Assembly: GCA_963804165.1 (NCBI GenBank)
Contig: CAWDPO010000010.1
Location: forward strand, 128,001 to 192,000
Direction of reading: 5' to 3'
DNA from: an uncultured delta proteobacterium
Lineage (GTDB): Bacteria > Desulfobacterota > Binatia > UBA9968
DNA length: 64,000 bases
Positions 63,097 through 64,000 of this stretch are shown here, in pieces (the stretch's first letter is position 1; every line of letters begins with the position of its first letter). Position numbers and translations under genes: made by a program. The notes beneath the pieces were generated by a model that worked only from the letters and a program-made list of their open reading frames with translations, made no database searches and had not been told where the DNA came from.

Positions 63097-64000
63097 GCTC
63101 CGACTTTCCAGTGGCTTTCAGCACCTCGGCTTGATAGTGCGTGATCAGTGCGTCGATGACTTCGTCGAGCTCTCCTTCCATGACGCGATCCAATTTATAG
63201 AGGGTAAAATTGATGCGATGATCGGTCAGCCGTCCCTGGGGAAAATTGTAAGTGCGAATGCGCTCGCTGCGGTCGCCGCTGCCGACCATGGATTTGCGCG
63301 TCGCGGCAATTTCCGAGCGTTGCTCCTCCTGTTTCTTTTCCAGCAATCGAGCGCGGAGAATCTTCATGCCTTTGGCGCGATTCTTGTGCTGCGATTTCTC
63401 ATCTTGGCAGGAAATCACGATCCCCGTCGGGATGTGGGTGATTCGTACCGCCGAGTCAGTCGTGTTGACGCTTTGGCCGCCGGGGCCCGACGAGCGGAAC
63501 ACGTCGATGCGGATTTCTTTCGGATCGATGGCGATTTCGACTTCGTCGGCTTCGGCCAACACCGCGACCGTGACCGCCGACGTATGGATCCGTCCGGACC
63601 CTTCGGTCACGGGAACGCGTTGGACACGGTGCACGCCGCCTTCGAATTTGAGCTGAGAATAGGCGCCCTGGCCCTCGATGCTTATAATGATTTCTTTATA
63701 GCCTCCGAGGCCAGTCGGATTGGAACTCATCAATTCGACGCGCCAACGGCGCATTTCAGCGTAGCGCGAATACATGCGAAAGAGCTCGGCGGCGAACAAT
63801 GCCGCCTCGTCGCCGCCGGTACCGGCGCGAATTTCTACGATGACGTTTCGCGCGTCATTCGGATCCTTCGGTAAAATGAGAATTTTCAGCCGCTCTTCGA
63901 GCGCTTCTTTACGCTCGCGCAAGGAGCCGATCTCTTCCTTGGCAAGCTCCCGAATGGCTTCGTCGGATTCTTCCAAAAGTTGTCGATTGTCGTGGATCTC
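63065..64000 (-). CDS. prfA: Peptide chain release factor 1 (5' end outside window)
   Basis: PVT discriminator (QRVPVTE), GPGGQ and RTYNFPQ. Confidence 0.95.
   Translation of the reverse strand, partial: EIHDNRQLLEESDEAIRELAKEEIGSLRERKEALEERLKILILPKDPNDARNVIVEIRAGTGGDEAALFAAELFRMYSRYAEMRRWRVELMSSNPTGLGGYKEIIISIEGQGAYSQLKFEGGVHRVQRVPVTEGSGRIHTSAVTVAVLAEADEVEIAIDPKEIRIDVFRSSGPGGQSVNTTDSAVRITHIPTGIVISCQDEKSQHKNRAKGMKILRARLLEKKQEEQRSEIAATRKSMVGSGDRSERIRTYNFPQGRLTDHRINFTLYKLDRVMEGELDEVIDALITHYQAEVLKATGKSEHDGKSADPSD

Overview
GC-rich bacterial chromosome segment. Gene content and order suggest a deltaproteobacterial-type organism, possibly Candidatus Binatia (inference, not a database result). Many single-base indels break even essential genes (murA, hisA, hisH, hslU, hslV, xerC); these look like uncorrected sequencing errors, not pseudogenes. 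Left to right: (1) TAXI solute-binding gene, then a minus-strand enamidase-like amidohydrolase / LLM oxidoreductase / gloA / cupin cluster, then lgt; (2) a minus-strand metal-uptake operon (RGPP-ending DUF2946-like leader ORF with anti-Shine-Dalgarno elements, outer-membrane barrel, ZnuACB-like ABC transporter with a fused permease, ZIP transporter, M16 peptidase); (3) a divergent ECF sigma operon with its own ECF-type promoter, a DRRE-repeat secreted protein, a zinc-finger anti-sigma, a small secreted protein resembling the anti-sigma tail, DUF3106, DUF1800 and DUF1501; (4) a heterodimeric ABC exporter, glyQS, dapB-dapA-dapF-lysA, an LptM-like lipoprotein, argH-G-F-D-B, hslUV and xerC; (5) hydrolase, lipoprotein, MFS transporter and methyltransferase; (6) a ~17 kb aryl-polyene-type biosynthetic cluster with an MIO ammonia-lyase and a halogenase-like flavoprotein; (7) hisA-H-B-D, murA, prmC and prfA. 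Short TTGAAC tandem arrays recur at four sites in housekeeping operons. No rRNA, tRNA, CRISPR array or transposase was recognised. The best candidates for undescribed biology are the ECF/anti-sigma/mimic/DUF3106/DUF1800-DUF1501 module and the leader-peptide-controlled metal-uptake operon.
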